From an uncultured delta proteobacterium (lineage in GTDB: Bacteria; Myxococcota_A; Polyangia; Polyangiales; B10-G4), in assembly GCA_963727445.1 (NCBI GenBank), contig CAVSGI010000002.1, positions 147,494 through 211,493 on the forward strand: a stretch of 64,000 nucleotides of DNA, in the 5' to 3' direction. Shown here in pieces: positions 1-10,576 of the stretch. Each line of letters opens with the position of its first letter. Position 1 is the first letter of the stretch. The notes beneath the pieces are model-generated. The model had not been told where the DNA came from. It saw only the letters and a program-made list of their open reading frames with translations, and did no database searches. The position numbers were made by a program, and so were the translations under genes.

Positions 1-1772
1 CTACATCGCCTACGAGCTCTGGGGGCCCATCGGCTTCTTGCTGATCCTCGTGCCCTTCGTGCAGGGGCCCTTCAGCCGCGGCGTCGACAAGGTCACCAAC
101 TGGTACGCGGGCGGGATCCTGCAGGCCCATCGTCACCCGCCGGCTCCTGACCATCGGTGTGATCGCGGCTTTCGCGGTCGGCATCGTCGCCACGAACTCG
201 ATCCTGCCGAGCGGTTTCATCCCCGGCGAGGACCAGGGCATCATCTACGCCGTTCTACAGACGCCTCCCGGCTCGACCCTCGAGTACACGAACGCCAAGT
301 CTCAGGAGCTCGAGCGGATCGCCAAGGAGATCGACGGCGTCACCAGCGTCACCTCGGTGGCGGGATACGAGGTTCTGACCGAGGGGCGCGGCTCGAACGC
401 GGGCACCGCCATCATCAACCTGGAAGACTGGTCCGAGCGCGACGTCACTGCGAAGGAGATCATCGAGGAGCTCGAAGAGCGAACGCGAGAGATGACCAAC
501 ATCAAGCTCGAGTTCTTCGAACCGCCGGCGATCCCCGGGTTCGGCGCGGCGGGCGGTCTCTCCTTGCGCGTGCTCGACCAGACCCAGTCGAGCACGGCCG
601 ACTACCAGCGGCTCGGAGAGATCACCGAGGAGTTCATGGCCGAGCTGCGCGAGCGCGAAGAGGTGGGCAGCCTGTTCACCTTCTACGCCGCCGACTACCC
701 GCAGTACGAGCTGATCATCAACAACGATGTGGCCATGCAGAAGGGTGTGTCGATCGAGCGGGCCCTGAACAATCTCAACATCCTCATCGGCAGCACGTAC
801 GAGCAGGGCTTCATCCGCTTCAACAAGTTCTACAAGGTCTACGTCCAGGCGTGGCCTGAGTTCCGGCGAATGCCCGAGGACCTCGACAACCTGTTCATCC
901 CCAACGAGGCCGGGGAGATGGTGCCCTACTCGTCCTTCATGGAGATCCACAAGACGCAGGGCCTGAACGAGATCACCCGCTACAATCTCTACCCCTCTGC
1001 CGCCATCCAGCTCGTTCCGGCTGCCGGCTTCTCGACCGGTCAGGCCATCGATGCGGTGCGCGAGGTTGCCGAGGCGACGCTGCCTCGCGGATACGCGCTC
1101 GGCTGGGAGGGTCTGTCCTGGGACGAGTCGAGGAAGGGCAACGCCGCCCTCTACATCTTCCTGGTCGTCGTCGTGTTCGTGTACCTGGTGCTCGTCGCCC
1201 AGTACGAGAGCTTCCTGATCCCGCTGGCCGTCGTCCTGTCGCTGCCGGTCGGGATCTTCGGCTCGTTCTTCTTCCTACAAATGGTGGGATTGGCCAACGA
1301 CGTCTGGGCCCAGTTAGGTCTGATCATGTTGGTCGGCCTCTTGGGGAAGAACGCGATCCTGATCGTGGAATTCGCGGTCCAGCGGCGAAACGAAGGCGCC
1401 TCCCTCAAGGACGCGGCCATCGAGGGCGGCAGACTCCGCTTCCGGCCCATCCAGATGACCTCCTTCGCCTTCGTCGCCGGTCTGATCCCGCTCGTCATCG
1501 CCCACGGCGCAGGCGCCATCGGCAACCGCACCATCGGCGTCACCGGCGTCGGCGGCATGCTCCTCGGCACCGTGATCGGCGTCATCGCCATCCCCGGCCT
1601 CTACTACCTCTTCGCTCGCATCTCCGACGGGCGCGAGCTGCTGCGCGACGAAACGGAAGTGCCGCTCAGCGAGCAACCCGAAGAGCATTCCGAGATCCAC
1701 GCGGTCGAGGACGGCGAACACGCGTCGCTTCACGAGCCACCGCTGGATTCCGAGCCACCCGAAGACACGTAG
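1..1772 (+). CDS. RND efflux permease (AcrB/HAE1-like), copy 1, 5'-truncated by window edge; apparent 1-nt frameshift near 121
   Basis: Motifs GFIPGEDQG, GLLGKNAILIVEFA, RFRPIQMTSFAF; near-identical to 3687-5454; extra G at about 121 versus copy 2 (gatcctgcagg vs gatcctcagg). Confidence 0.93.
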
Positions 1773-1815
1773 CGCCACGGCCGAGGCGCAGGCTCAGCGA
1801 CGCCCCTCGCCTCCG

Positions 1816-1965
1816 TGCGCATACTCACGCGCTCCACTCATGGGCGGCGTGGCGGAATTGGCAGATGTGCGCGACTCGGGGTCGCCCGCCGGACTCTTCC
1901 ACGCCCCGCAAGCACGCCGACCTCCACCGGGTCGCTTTGTAGGCGAGCGTCCTTCGTGGTAGCGC
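1816..1965 (+). pseudogene. Degenerate copy of tRNA-Leu(UAA) 5' portion plus its upstream and downstream flanks
   Basis: gtggcggaattggcagatgtgcgcgactcggggtcgcccgccggactcttccacg aligns without gaps to 7501-7555; flanks tgcgcatactc and ttgtaggcg.gcg.ccttcgtggtagcgc shared; no T-arm or CCA. Confidence 0.8.
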
Positions 1966-2007
1966 CTCGAACGCACGACGTGATTGTATCGATCGAGCGA
2001 TCGACCC

Positions 2008-5000
2008 ATGTTTACGAAAATTCTCCACCGACCAGCCCTCGCGCTGGTCCTGTCGATCGTCACCGTGTTTCTCGGGGGGCTCGGGATCGCGACCCTCCCG
2101 ATCGCGCAGTTCCCCAGCGTCGCGCCGCCGACCGTGTACGTGTCCATCGCGTATCCCGGCGCCAGCGCCAACGTCCTGGTCGACTCGGTCTTGATCCCGC
2201 TCGAGCAGTCGATCAACGGCGTCCAGAACATGCGTTACATGGTCTCCGACGCCACGAGCGCCGGGGAGGCGACGATCCGGATCTACTTCGAGCCGGGTAC
2301 GGATCCGAGCATCAACGTCGTCAACGTCCAGAACCGCGTGAACATCATGCTGAGCCGCCTTCCTCCGCTGGTGGTGCGCGAAGGCATCCTGGTCAGCAAG
2401 GTCGTGCCGAGCATGTTGATGTACCTCAACATCTTCAGCACCGACCCCGATACCGACCAGAAGGACCTGTTCAACTACGCCAACGTCTACGTCATGCCCG
2501 TGATCAAACGTATCCAGGGCATGGGGATCCCGCGAAATCTCGGCAACCGAAATTTCGCGATGCGCATCTGGTTGAACCCCGAGCGCATGCGGGCCTACGA
2601 CATCTCCGTCGAAGACGTGATGGACGCGGTGGCGGAGCAGAGCATCATCGGCTCACCCGGCCGCCTCGGTCAGGCCACGGGCATGACCTCGCAGTCGAAG
2701 GAGTACGTGCTCACCTACATCGGCCGCTACAACGAGCCGGAGCAGTACGCGAACATCATCCTGAAGGCGACGCCGAGCGGCGAGATCCTTCGGCTCAGAG
2801 ACGTCTGCGTGCCTCCGCCCGCGCCCGAAGGGCAGGAAGACGACCCCGCCAATCAGCACGAAGGCGTCGAGCTCGGCTCGGAGTTCTTCGACATCTACTC
2901 CGACGTCGACGGCTACCCCGCGGCATCAATCGTCCTCAAGCAGGCGCCCGGTTCCAACGCGGCCGAGATCATCGACCAGGTCAAGGAGACGCTCGAGGAG
3001 CTGAAGCAGTCGTTCCCCCCGGGGATGGACTACGAGATCGCCTACGACGTCTCCCGCTTCGTCGACGCCTCCATCGAGCAGGTGCTCCACACCCTGCTCG
3101 AGGCGTTCATCCTGGTGTCGCTCGTCGTCTACATGTTCTTGGGCGACTTGCGCTCCACGCTCATCCCGACGCTCGCGGTCCCGGTGTCGTTGATCGGCAG
3201 CTTCTTCATCCTGCAGTTGATGGGCTTCTCCATCAACCTGATCACCCTCTTCGCGATGGTCCTGGCCATCGGCGTCGTCGTCGACGACGCGATCGTCGTC
3301 GTGGAAGCCGTCCACGCCAAGATGGCGGAGACGCACTTATCTCCCTATCGCGCGACCATGGAGGTCCTTCACGAGATCAGCGGCGCGATCATCGCGATCA
3401 CGCTGGTGATGACCTCGGTGTTCGTCCCCATCACCTTCGTCCCCGGCCCGGTCGGCGTCTTCTACCGCCAGTTCGGCGTCACCATGGCCTCGACGATCAT
3501 CCTCTCCGGCATCGTCGCCCTCACGCTCACGCCGGTGCTCTGCGCGATGATCCTCAAGCCGCACAGCGCGAGCCACGAGCACGACAAGGCCGGCAAGAAG
3601 AGCATTCGCGACCGGATTCGGGCCATGGATACCAGGACCCGCGTGGTGTACGTCCTGTTGGGGGCACCGGTTCTCGCGGGGCTCACCTACATCGCCTACG
3701 AGCTCTGGGGACCGATCGGCTTTTTGCTGATCCTCGTGCCGTTCGTGCAGGGGCCCTTCAGCCGGAGCGTCGACAAGGTCACCAACTGGTATGCGGGCGG
3801 GATCCTCAGGCCCATCGTCACCCGCCGGGTCCTGACCGTCGCGGTGATCGCGGCGTTCGCCTTCGGCATCGTCGCCACGAACACCATCCTGCCGAGCGGT
3901 TTCATCCCCGGTGAGGACCAGGGCATCATCTACGCCGTTCTACAGACGCCTCCCGGCTCGACCCTCGAGTACACGAACGCCAAGTCCCAGGAGCTCGAGC
4001 GGATCGCCAAGGAGATCCAGGGGGTCACCAGCGTCACCTCGGTGGCGGGATACGAGGTTCTGACCGAGGGGCGCGGTTCGAACGCGGGTACGGCGATCAT
4101 CAATCTCAGGGATTGGTCCGAGCGCGAGCACACCGCCAAGGAGATCATCGAAGAGCTCGAAGAACGAACGAGCGTGATGACCAACATCAAGCTCGAATTC
4201 TTCGAACCGCCGGCGATCCCCGGTTTCGGCGCCGCGGGCGGTCTCTCCTTGCGCGTGCTCGACCAGACCCAGTCGAGCACGGCGGACTACCAACGGCTCG
4301 GAGAGATCACCGAGGAGTTCATGGAGGCGCTCGGCGAGCGCGAAGAGGTGGGCAGCCAGTTCACCTTCTACGCCGCGGACTACCCGCAGTACGAGCTACT
4401 CATCAACCCGGACATGGCCTACCAGAAGGGGGTGTCGGTCGAGAAGGCCCTCGAAAACCTCAACATCCTCATCGGCAGCACCTACGAGCAGGGCTTCATC
4501 CGCTTCAACAAGTTCTACAAGGTCTACGTCCAGGCGTGGCCGCAGTTCCGGCGAATGCCCGACGACCTGAACAACCTGTTCATCCCCAACGAGGCCGGAC
4601 AGATGGTCCCCTACTCGGCCTTCATGGATATCCAGAAGACGCAGGGCCTGAACGAGATCACCCGCTACAACCTCTACCCCTCTGCCGCCATCCAGCTCGT
4701 TCCGGCTGCCGGCTTCTCGACCGGTCAGGCGATTCAAGCGGTGGAAGAGGTCGCCCGGGCGACGCTGCCCCGCGGATACGCGCTCGGCTGGGAGGGTCTG
4801 TCCTGGGACGAGTCGAGGAAGGGCAACGCAGCCCTCTACATCTTCCTGATCGTCGTCATCTTCGTCTATCTGGTGCTCGTCGCGCAGTACGAGAGCTTCC
4901 TGATCCCGCTGGCCGTCATCCTGTCGCTGCCCGTCGGCATCTTCGGCTCGTTCTTCTTCTTGCAACTGGCGGGACTGGCCAACGACGTCTGGGCCCAGTT

Positions 5001-5454
5001 GGGTCTGATCATGTTGGTCGGCCTCTTGGGGAAGAACGCGATCCTGATCGTGGAATTCGCGGTCCAGCGGCGAAACGAGGGCGCCTCCCTCAAGGACGCG
5101 GCCATCGAGGGCGGCAGACTCCGCTTCCGGCCCATCCAGATGACCTCCTTCGCCTTCGTCGCCGGTCTGATCCCGCTCGTCATCGCCCACGGCGCGGGCG
5201 CCATCGGCAACCGCACCATCGGCGTCACGGGTGTCGGTGGCATGCTCCTCGGCACCGTGATCGGCGTCGTCGCCATCCCCGGCCTCTACTACCTCTTCGC
5301 TCGGCTCTCCGACGGGCGCGAGCTGCTCCGCGACGAAACGGACACGCCTCTGAGCGAGGTGCCGGAAGAGCATCACCCGCTCGCCGCCCGGGCCGACCCC
5401 GAACATGCGACGCACTCCGAGCCGCCTCCGGATTCCGAGCCGCCTGAAGTGTGA
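2008..5454 (+). CDS. RND efflux permease (AcrB/HAE1-like), copy 2, full length
   Basis: MFTKILHRP start, LPIAQFP, AIGVVVDDAIVVVE (TM4 DD), KNAILIVEFA, RFRPIQMT. Confidence 0.96.
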   Translation: MFTKILHRPALALVLSIVTVFLGGLGIATLPIAQFPSVAPPTVYVSIAYPGASANVLVDSVLIPLEQSINGVQNMRYMVSDATSAGEATIRIYFEPGTDPSINVVNVQNRVNIMLSRLPPLVVREGILVSKVVPSMLMYLNIFSTDPDTDQKDLFNYANVYVMPVIKRIQGMGIPRNLGNRNFAMRIWLNPERMRAYDISVEDVMDAVAEQSIIGSPGRLGQATGMTSQSKEYVLTYIGRYNEPEQYANIILKATPSGEILRLRDVCVPPPAPEGQEDDPANQHEGVELGSEFFDIYSDVDGYPAASIVLKQAPGSNAAEIIDQVKETLEELKQSFPPGMDYEIAYDVSRFVDASIEQVLHTLLEAFILVSLVVYMFLGDLRSTLIPTLAVPVSLIGSFFILQLMGFSINLITLFAMVLAIGVVVDDAIVVVEAVHAKMAETHLSPYRATMEVLHEISGAIIAITLVMTSVFVPITFVPGPVGVFYRQFGVTMASTIILSGIVALTLTPVLCAMILKPHSASHEHDKAGKKSIRDRIRAMDTRTRVVYVLLGAPVLAGLTYIAYELWGPIGFLLILVPFVQGPFSRSVDKVTNWYAGGILRPIVTRRVLTVAVIAAFAFGIVATNTILPSGFIPGEDQGIIYAVLQTPPGSTLEYTNAKSQELERIAKEIQGVTSVTSVAGYEVLTEGRGSNAGTAIINLRDWSEREHTAKEIIEELEERTSVMTNIKLEFFEPPAIPGFGAAGGLSLRVLDQTQSSTADYQRLGEITEEFMEALGEREEVGSQFTFYAADYPQYELLINPDMAYQKGVSVEKALENLNILIGSTYEQGFIRFNKFYKVYVQAWPQFRRMPDDLNNLFIPNEAGQMVPYSAFMDIQKTQGLNEITRYNLYPSAAIQLVPAAGFSTGQAIQAVEEVARATLPRGYALGWEGLSWDESRKGNAALYIFLIVVIFVYLVLVAQYESFLIPLAVILSLPVGIFGSFFFLQLAGLANDVWAQLGLIMLVGLLGKNAILIVEFAVQRRNEGASLKDAAIEGGRLRFRPIQMTSFAFVAGLIPLVIAHGAGAIGNRTIGVTGVGGMLLGTVIGVVAIPGLYYLFARLSDGRELLRDETDTPLSEVPEEHHPLAARADPEHATHSEPPPDSEPPEV

Positions 5455-5550
5455 GGCCCACGGGCAGAGCCCTCAGTCGCGAACCTGGCCAGCGTCGCCG
5501 ACTTTGGATGCGCTCAGGGCGTGATCTCGAACCAACAATGCAGCGGGCGA

Positions 5551-6120
5551 TCAGCGCCCCTCGCCTCGAATCGACGCGAGCTCGTGCTCGGTGTGGGCGC
5601 GGATCGCCGCGGCGAGGGTGGGTCGATAGCCAGCGGCGAGGAACAGCTCGACGAGGTGGTAGTAGAAGACGAGCAGAATGGGGATCGGGTTCTTGGTGCG
5701 GGCGAGCTCGGCGAGGTTCTTGTCGGTGTCGTCACGACCTTCGATCCGGTGACCGATGCCGACCTGCGCGCCGAACGTGACGGCGAACACGGCGACCGCG
5801 ACTCCCGCGCCCCAGAGCGCGTGGTCCGGCAACACGAAGGGAGTCGTCCACCAACACGACGCGAGGAACGCAATCATGATGGCGCCCATCAACATGTCGG
5901 TGAGCAGATAGACGGGCGCGACCAGCACGATGACGAGCATCGCGAGGTCGACCGACGCGAACAACGGAACCAGCGAGAGGAGCTTCACGACCGCCCAGAG
6001 CTCGAAGGGGATGCACACCCAGTGCAGCACGCGATTCTCCCAACGCTGGTGGTACGCCTCGTGGACGCCCATCCGACGCTTCCATCCCGCGAATCCGTCG
6101 TTCGTGCCGCTGGCCACCAT
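5551..6120 (-). CDS. Mpo1-like / DUF962 membrane protein
   Basis: YHQRWENRVLHWVCIP and QVGIGHRIE His motifs, several TM segments; start chosen at MVASG. Confidence 0.75.
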   Translation of the reverse strand: MVASGTNDGFAGWKRRMGVHEAYHQRWENRVLHWVCIPFELWAVVKLLSLVPLFASVDLAMLVIVLVAPVYLLTDMLMGAIMIAFLASCWWTTPFVLPDHALWGAGVAVAVFAVTFGAQVGIGHRIEGRDDTDKNLAELARTKNPIPILLVFYYHLVELFLAAGYRPTLAAAIRAHTEHELASIRGEGR

Positions 6121-6312
6121 CCCTTGCCGCCCATGGTCGGCTCGGACCTGGCAGCGGATCAAGGAGCGGCCAGCGCGTGAGGGACGCGATTCGCGCGCGC
6201 CGATCGAGCAATCTTTGCCCGCGTGGCCTTGCGAGCCGCCAGCGAGCGGCCCGAATTCGGTCGTCTTTCTCGGGGTGCGTCCCGGCATGGGATTCGCGAC
6301 GATAGAAGACGC

Positions 6313-7221
6313 ATGACGACTCACACGCTGCTCCTGCTCTTCCTCTCGTTCCTGGCCTGCGGGGGCTCGTCGCGACCGGCGAGCGAGCCGCCACGCGCTC
6401 GCCGGACCGCATCGAACCGACCCAAGCCTCCGAACGCGCTCGAAACCAATGCGTCGGGGGAGGCCGCGCCAGCATCGGCGACGAAGCCATCCGAGCCGGA
6501 GGCGGCGCCCCAAATCGAGCTCCCCCCAATCGTGCGCCACTGCGCGGAGGAGCTCGTCGAGCCCGGGGACCCCGAGCGACGAACCCTCGAGGAGTGGGCC
6601 TGGGACGCCACGGGGACGTTGCGGCGCCACTTCACCCTGCGCGACACGGAGGAGTCCGAGCAGCTGTTCACGGGCGACGCGCGGACGAGGGGAGGAGCAA
6701 CGATGCACCTCCGGGGACCTCTTGGACCCCCGAGCGCGCACCGCTATCGAGAGGTCGTGACCGGCCGGCGCGTTCTGAAGCTCGACGAGGTGTGGGAGGG
6801 AATGCCTCCGCCCAATCCCGAAGATGGCATCCTCTTCACGTACGGTAGGGACGGTCGGGTCGCTTCCATCAGCCAATACGGCGAAGAGCCCAGTCACTGC
6901 CGCTACGATCACGCGGGCCGAATCGTGGCGTTGGAAGCGCCCATGGCCCTCTTCACTTACGAGTACGATGCACGTGGCCAGCTCGTGCGCGTCGAGCACG
7001 AGGAGGAATCGGGGGCCTACATCACACGGATCACGCGAGACGGAACCGGTCTCGTGCTCCGCTTCGCCACACAGACGCGTCCGAATCAGGTCGACCCGTC
7101 CCCCATGACCGGTCGCTTGGACGCAGGCTGTGAAGACGTGTTCTTCCACAAATGCGCTCCTTCCCTCGCCCCGGCCCCTCCTCACGGCGCCCGCTACCAA
7201 CTGCCCGCCGCGCGTCCGTGA
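6313..7221 (+). CDS. Lipoprotein with short run of YD/RHS-like repeats
   Basis: Lipobox-like FLACGG; WAWDATG, YGRDGRV, YDHAGRI, YEYDARGQL. Confidence 0.6.
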   Translation: MTTHTLLLLFLSFLACGGSSRPASEPPRARRTASNRPKPPNALETNASGEAAPASATKPSEPEAAPQIELPPIVRHCAEELVEPGDPERRTLEEWAWDATGTLRRHFTLRDTEESEQLFTGDARTRGGATMHLRGPLGPPSAHRYREVVTGRRVLKLDEVWEGMPPPNPEDGILFTYGRDGRVASISQYGEEPSHCRYDHAGRIVALEAPMALFTYEYDARGQLVRVEHEEESGAYITRITRDGTGLVLRFATQTRPNQVDPSPMTGRLDAGCEDVFFHKCAPSLAPAPPHGARYQLPAARP

Positions 7222-7494
7222 TGAGGAACAGCCCATCGAGGTCGTCGTCACCGACGAGAACGTCTACGCCCGGCTTTGAGTCGATCTCGAGGGGGCGGCA
7301 CAGCTCGATGTCGAGAAGCTGAGCATCCCGTGGGAGGGAATCTGCAACAGAAGCACGGCCCGAAGTAGACACGGTGGTACTGATTGAACGCGTCGGGAGT
7401 CAGCGGTCGATACTCGGCGCAACGGGCGCGAAACGGGCCAGCCCCCATCGACTCCCCTGCCGATGATGCGCATACTCCCGCGATCAGACGCATC

Positions 7495-7584
7495 GCCGGG
7501 GTGGCGGAATTGGCAGACGCAGGCGACTTAAAATCGCCCGTGGGACTTTCCCACGTGTGGGTTCGAAACCCGCCCCCGGCACCA
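7495..7584 (+). tRNA. tRNA-Leu (anticodon TAA)
   Basis: Acceptor gccgggg/ccccggc plus ACCA; D-arm tggcggaattggcagacgc; anticodon stem ggcga/tcgcc with loop CTTAAAA; long variable arm; T-loop GTTCGAA. Confidence 0.97.
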
Positions 7585-7646
7585 CAAAAGGCCCGGCGCC
7601 AGCGGCGCGCGTTGTAGGCGGGCGCCCTTCGTGGTAGCGCGCTGTC

Positions 7647-10572
7647 GTGGCTGAGCGACACGACGGCGAAGCGCGCACGCGCTTCCTCAAGCGGATCCTG
7701 CCGGGAGTGGTCCTGTTGTTCATGCTGCTCGCGCTGCCGGCGGTCGCGTCGCTCTACGTCGACCTTCGCTGGTTCCGCTCGCTCGGTTACGAGGAGCTCT
7801 TCACCACCATCCTCTGGACGCGCATCGGGCTCGGGGTGGCCGTCGGGCTCGTCTACGGCGGGGTGCTGGCGGCGAACCTCTGGCTCGTCACCAAGCTCAC
7901 CAAGGGGCTCAAGGGCGTGGTCCTCGCCGACCCCTCGGGACAGACCCGGATCGAGGTCGGGCGCATCGTCACCCGCTTCATCTGGCCCGTCGTCGCGGTG
8001 GTGGCGCTCCTCTCCGGGCTGAGCGGCTCGGCGCACTGGGACACGTGGCTGCGCTGGGTGCACGCCTCCTCCTTCGGCATCGCCGATCCCATCCTCGGCA
8101 AGGACATCTCCTTCTACGTCTTCTCCCTGCCGGCGCTCGAGACGCTCTCCTCGTCGCTGTCGACGCTCATCGGCATGAGCCTCTTCTTCACCGCGATGCT
8201 CTACGGCGCTCGGGGCGGCCTCGCCTTCGGGCCGGGGGGCCTCGAGGCGGACCGCCGGGCGCGCGCGCACCTCCTCGGCCTCGGCGCCGCGATGCTCGCG
8301 CTCTTCGCCTTCGACGCCTGGCTCGCGCGCTACCAGCTCCTCTTCAGCACCCTCGGCCCGGTGCAGGGCGCCTCCTACGCCGACGTGAACGCGCGCCTGC
8401 CGATGCTCAACGGGCTCATCGTCCTCTCCCTCGTCTCCGCGGGACTCGTCGCCTTCGCCGCCACGCGCAAGCGCCTGGTGCTCGCCATCGGCGGCGTCGG
8501 CCTCTACGCCGCCGCGCAGATCCTCGGCGTCAACCTCTACCCCGCCATGGTCCATCGCTTCAGCGTCCTGCCGAACGAAGCGGTCAAAGAGGCGCCTTAC
8601 ATCACCCACAACATCGAGGCCACGCGCAACGCCTTCGGCCTCGCGAACGTCACCGAGCGCGAGCTCTCCGGCGAGCTCGAGCTCAGCCACCAGGACATCC
8701 TCGACAACCGGACCACCATCGAGAACGTCCGGCTCTGGGACCACCAGCCGCTCCTCGACACCTTCGCGCAGATCCAGGAGATCCGGACCTATTACGAGTT
8801 CGCCAGCGTCGACAACGACCGCTACCGGGTCGAGAACAACATCCGGCAGACCATGCTCTCACCCCGCGAGCTCGACGCCGACAGCCTGCCGAACCGCACG
8901 TGGATCAACGAGCACTTCACCTTCACCCACGGCTACGGGATCACCCTCGGCCCGGTGAACGTCGCCACCAACGAGGGCCTCCCCGAGCTGCTCCTCTACG
9001 ACATCCCGCCGCAGACGGAGGTCCCCTCCCTCGAGGTGACGCGCCCCGAGATCTACTTCGGCGAGCGGAGCAACGACTACGTCTTCGTCCGCACCGACAA
9101 CCGCGAGTTCGACTACCCCTCCGGCGAAGAGAACGTCTACGCCGAGTATCAGGGCTCGGCCGGGGTCCACCTCGACTCGTCGATGACGCGCGCCGCGGTC
9201 GCCATGGCCCTCGGCTCCTTCAAGGTCCTGCTCTCCGACGACCTGCGCGACGACAGCCGCGTGCTCCTGCATCGCAGGATCACCGACCGCGTCCAGGCGC
9301 TGGTCCCTTTCCTCCGCTTCGACGAGGATCCGTACATGGTGCTCAGGCGAGGACGGCTCCCTCGCGTGGATCCAGGACGCCTACACCACGAGCTCGCGCT
9401 ACCCCTACTCCCAGACCCACCCGTCCTATGGGGGCATCAACTACATCCGCAACTCGGTGAAGGTCGTCATCGACGCCTACAACGGCGCGGTCGACCTCTA
9501 CGTGGCGGACGCGGACGATCCCATCCTCCGCACCTGGCGCCGCATCTTCCCGGACACCTTCAAGCCCCTGTCGGCGATGCCCGCCGACCTGAAGAGCCAC
9601 CTGCGCTACCCGGAGGACATCTTCAGCATTCAGACCGAGACGTTCACCGCCTATCACATGCGGTCACCGGAGCTGATCTACAACCGCGAGGACCAGTGGG
9701 AGATCCCCACCATCCGCGTCCACGATCAGCGCTCGCAGATGGTGCCCTACTACACGATCATGCGTCTGCCCGGAGAGGACGACGCCGAGTTCATCCAGAT
9801 GCTGCCCTTCACGCCGGCGAGCAAGGAGAACCTGGCGGCGTGGATGGTGGCGCGCTCGGACGGATCACATCGCGGCGAGCTGGTGGTCTACGCCTTCCCG
9901 AAGGATCGGCTGATCTTCGGCCCCGCACAGGTGATGAACCGCATCAATCAGGACGCGGACATCTCGCGTCAGCTCTCGCTCTGGGATCAACGCGGCTCGG
10001 AGGTGAACCTGGGCACGCTCCTCGTCATCCCCATCGAGGAGTCGCTGATCTACGTCTGTCCGCTCTATCTGCGCAGCAGCGGCGGGCGCATCCCGGAGCT
10101 CAAGCGGGTCATCGTCGCCTACGAGAGCTCCATCGCGATGGAGCCGACCCTCGACGAAGCCCTCGCCAGCCTCTTCGGCGAGCGGGTGGCGGAGGTCGTG
10201 GAGGCCGACCAGGCCCAGCAGGGTGAGGTGAACATCGCCGACGCGCAGGCCGCGCAGGCCGAGACCGCGACCGCGGACCTGGAGGAGACGCCGCCCCGCA
10301 GTCTCGGCGAGCGCGCGCGCCGCGAGTACGATCGCGCGGTCGCGGCACAGCGCGCGGGCGACTGGGCGGCCTACGGCGAGGCGCTGCAAGCGCTCGAGGC
10401 GACGCTGCGCGAGATCGCCCCGAGGCCCAGCGAGGGCGGTGGCGCGGGCGCCGGCACACGCCCCGATGGCGCGCGCACCAGTATGGGGGGCACGCGCGGC
10501 AGTGGCGCCGGAACCAACACGGCGGGCGCAGGCGGCGCCCCGACCGATGCCCCGATCGACGGTGCGGAGTGA
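7647..10572 (+). CDS. UPF0182 family membrane protein (apparent frameshift near 9346)
   Basis: WFRSLGY, DPILGKDISFYVF, NVRLWD, FTHGYG, PEIYFGE, then NYIRNSVKVVIDAYNG and HLRYPEDIF in the second frame. Confidence 0.9.
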
Positions 10573-10576
10573 CTCG

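Noticed and set aside
1842..1920. Functional tRNA-Pro(CGG)
   Set aside because: Loop reads CGG but T-arm, acceptor 3' strand and CCA are missing
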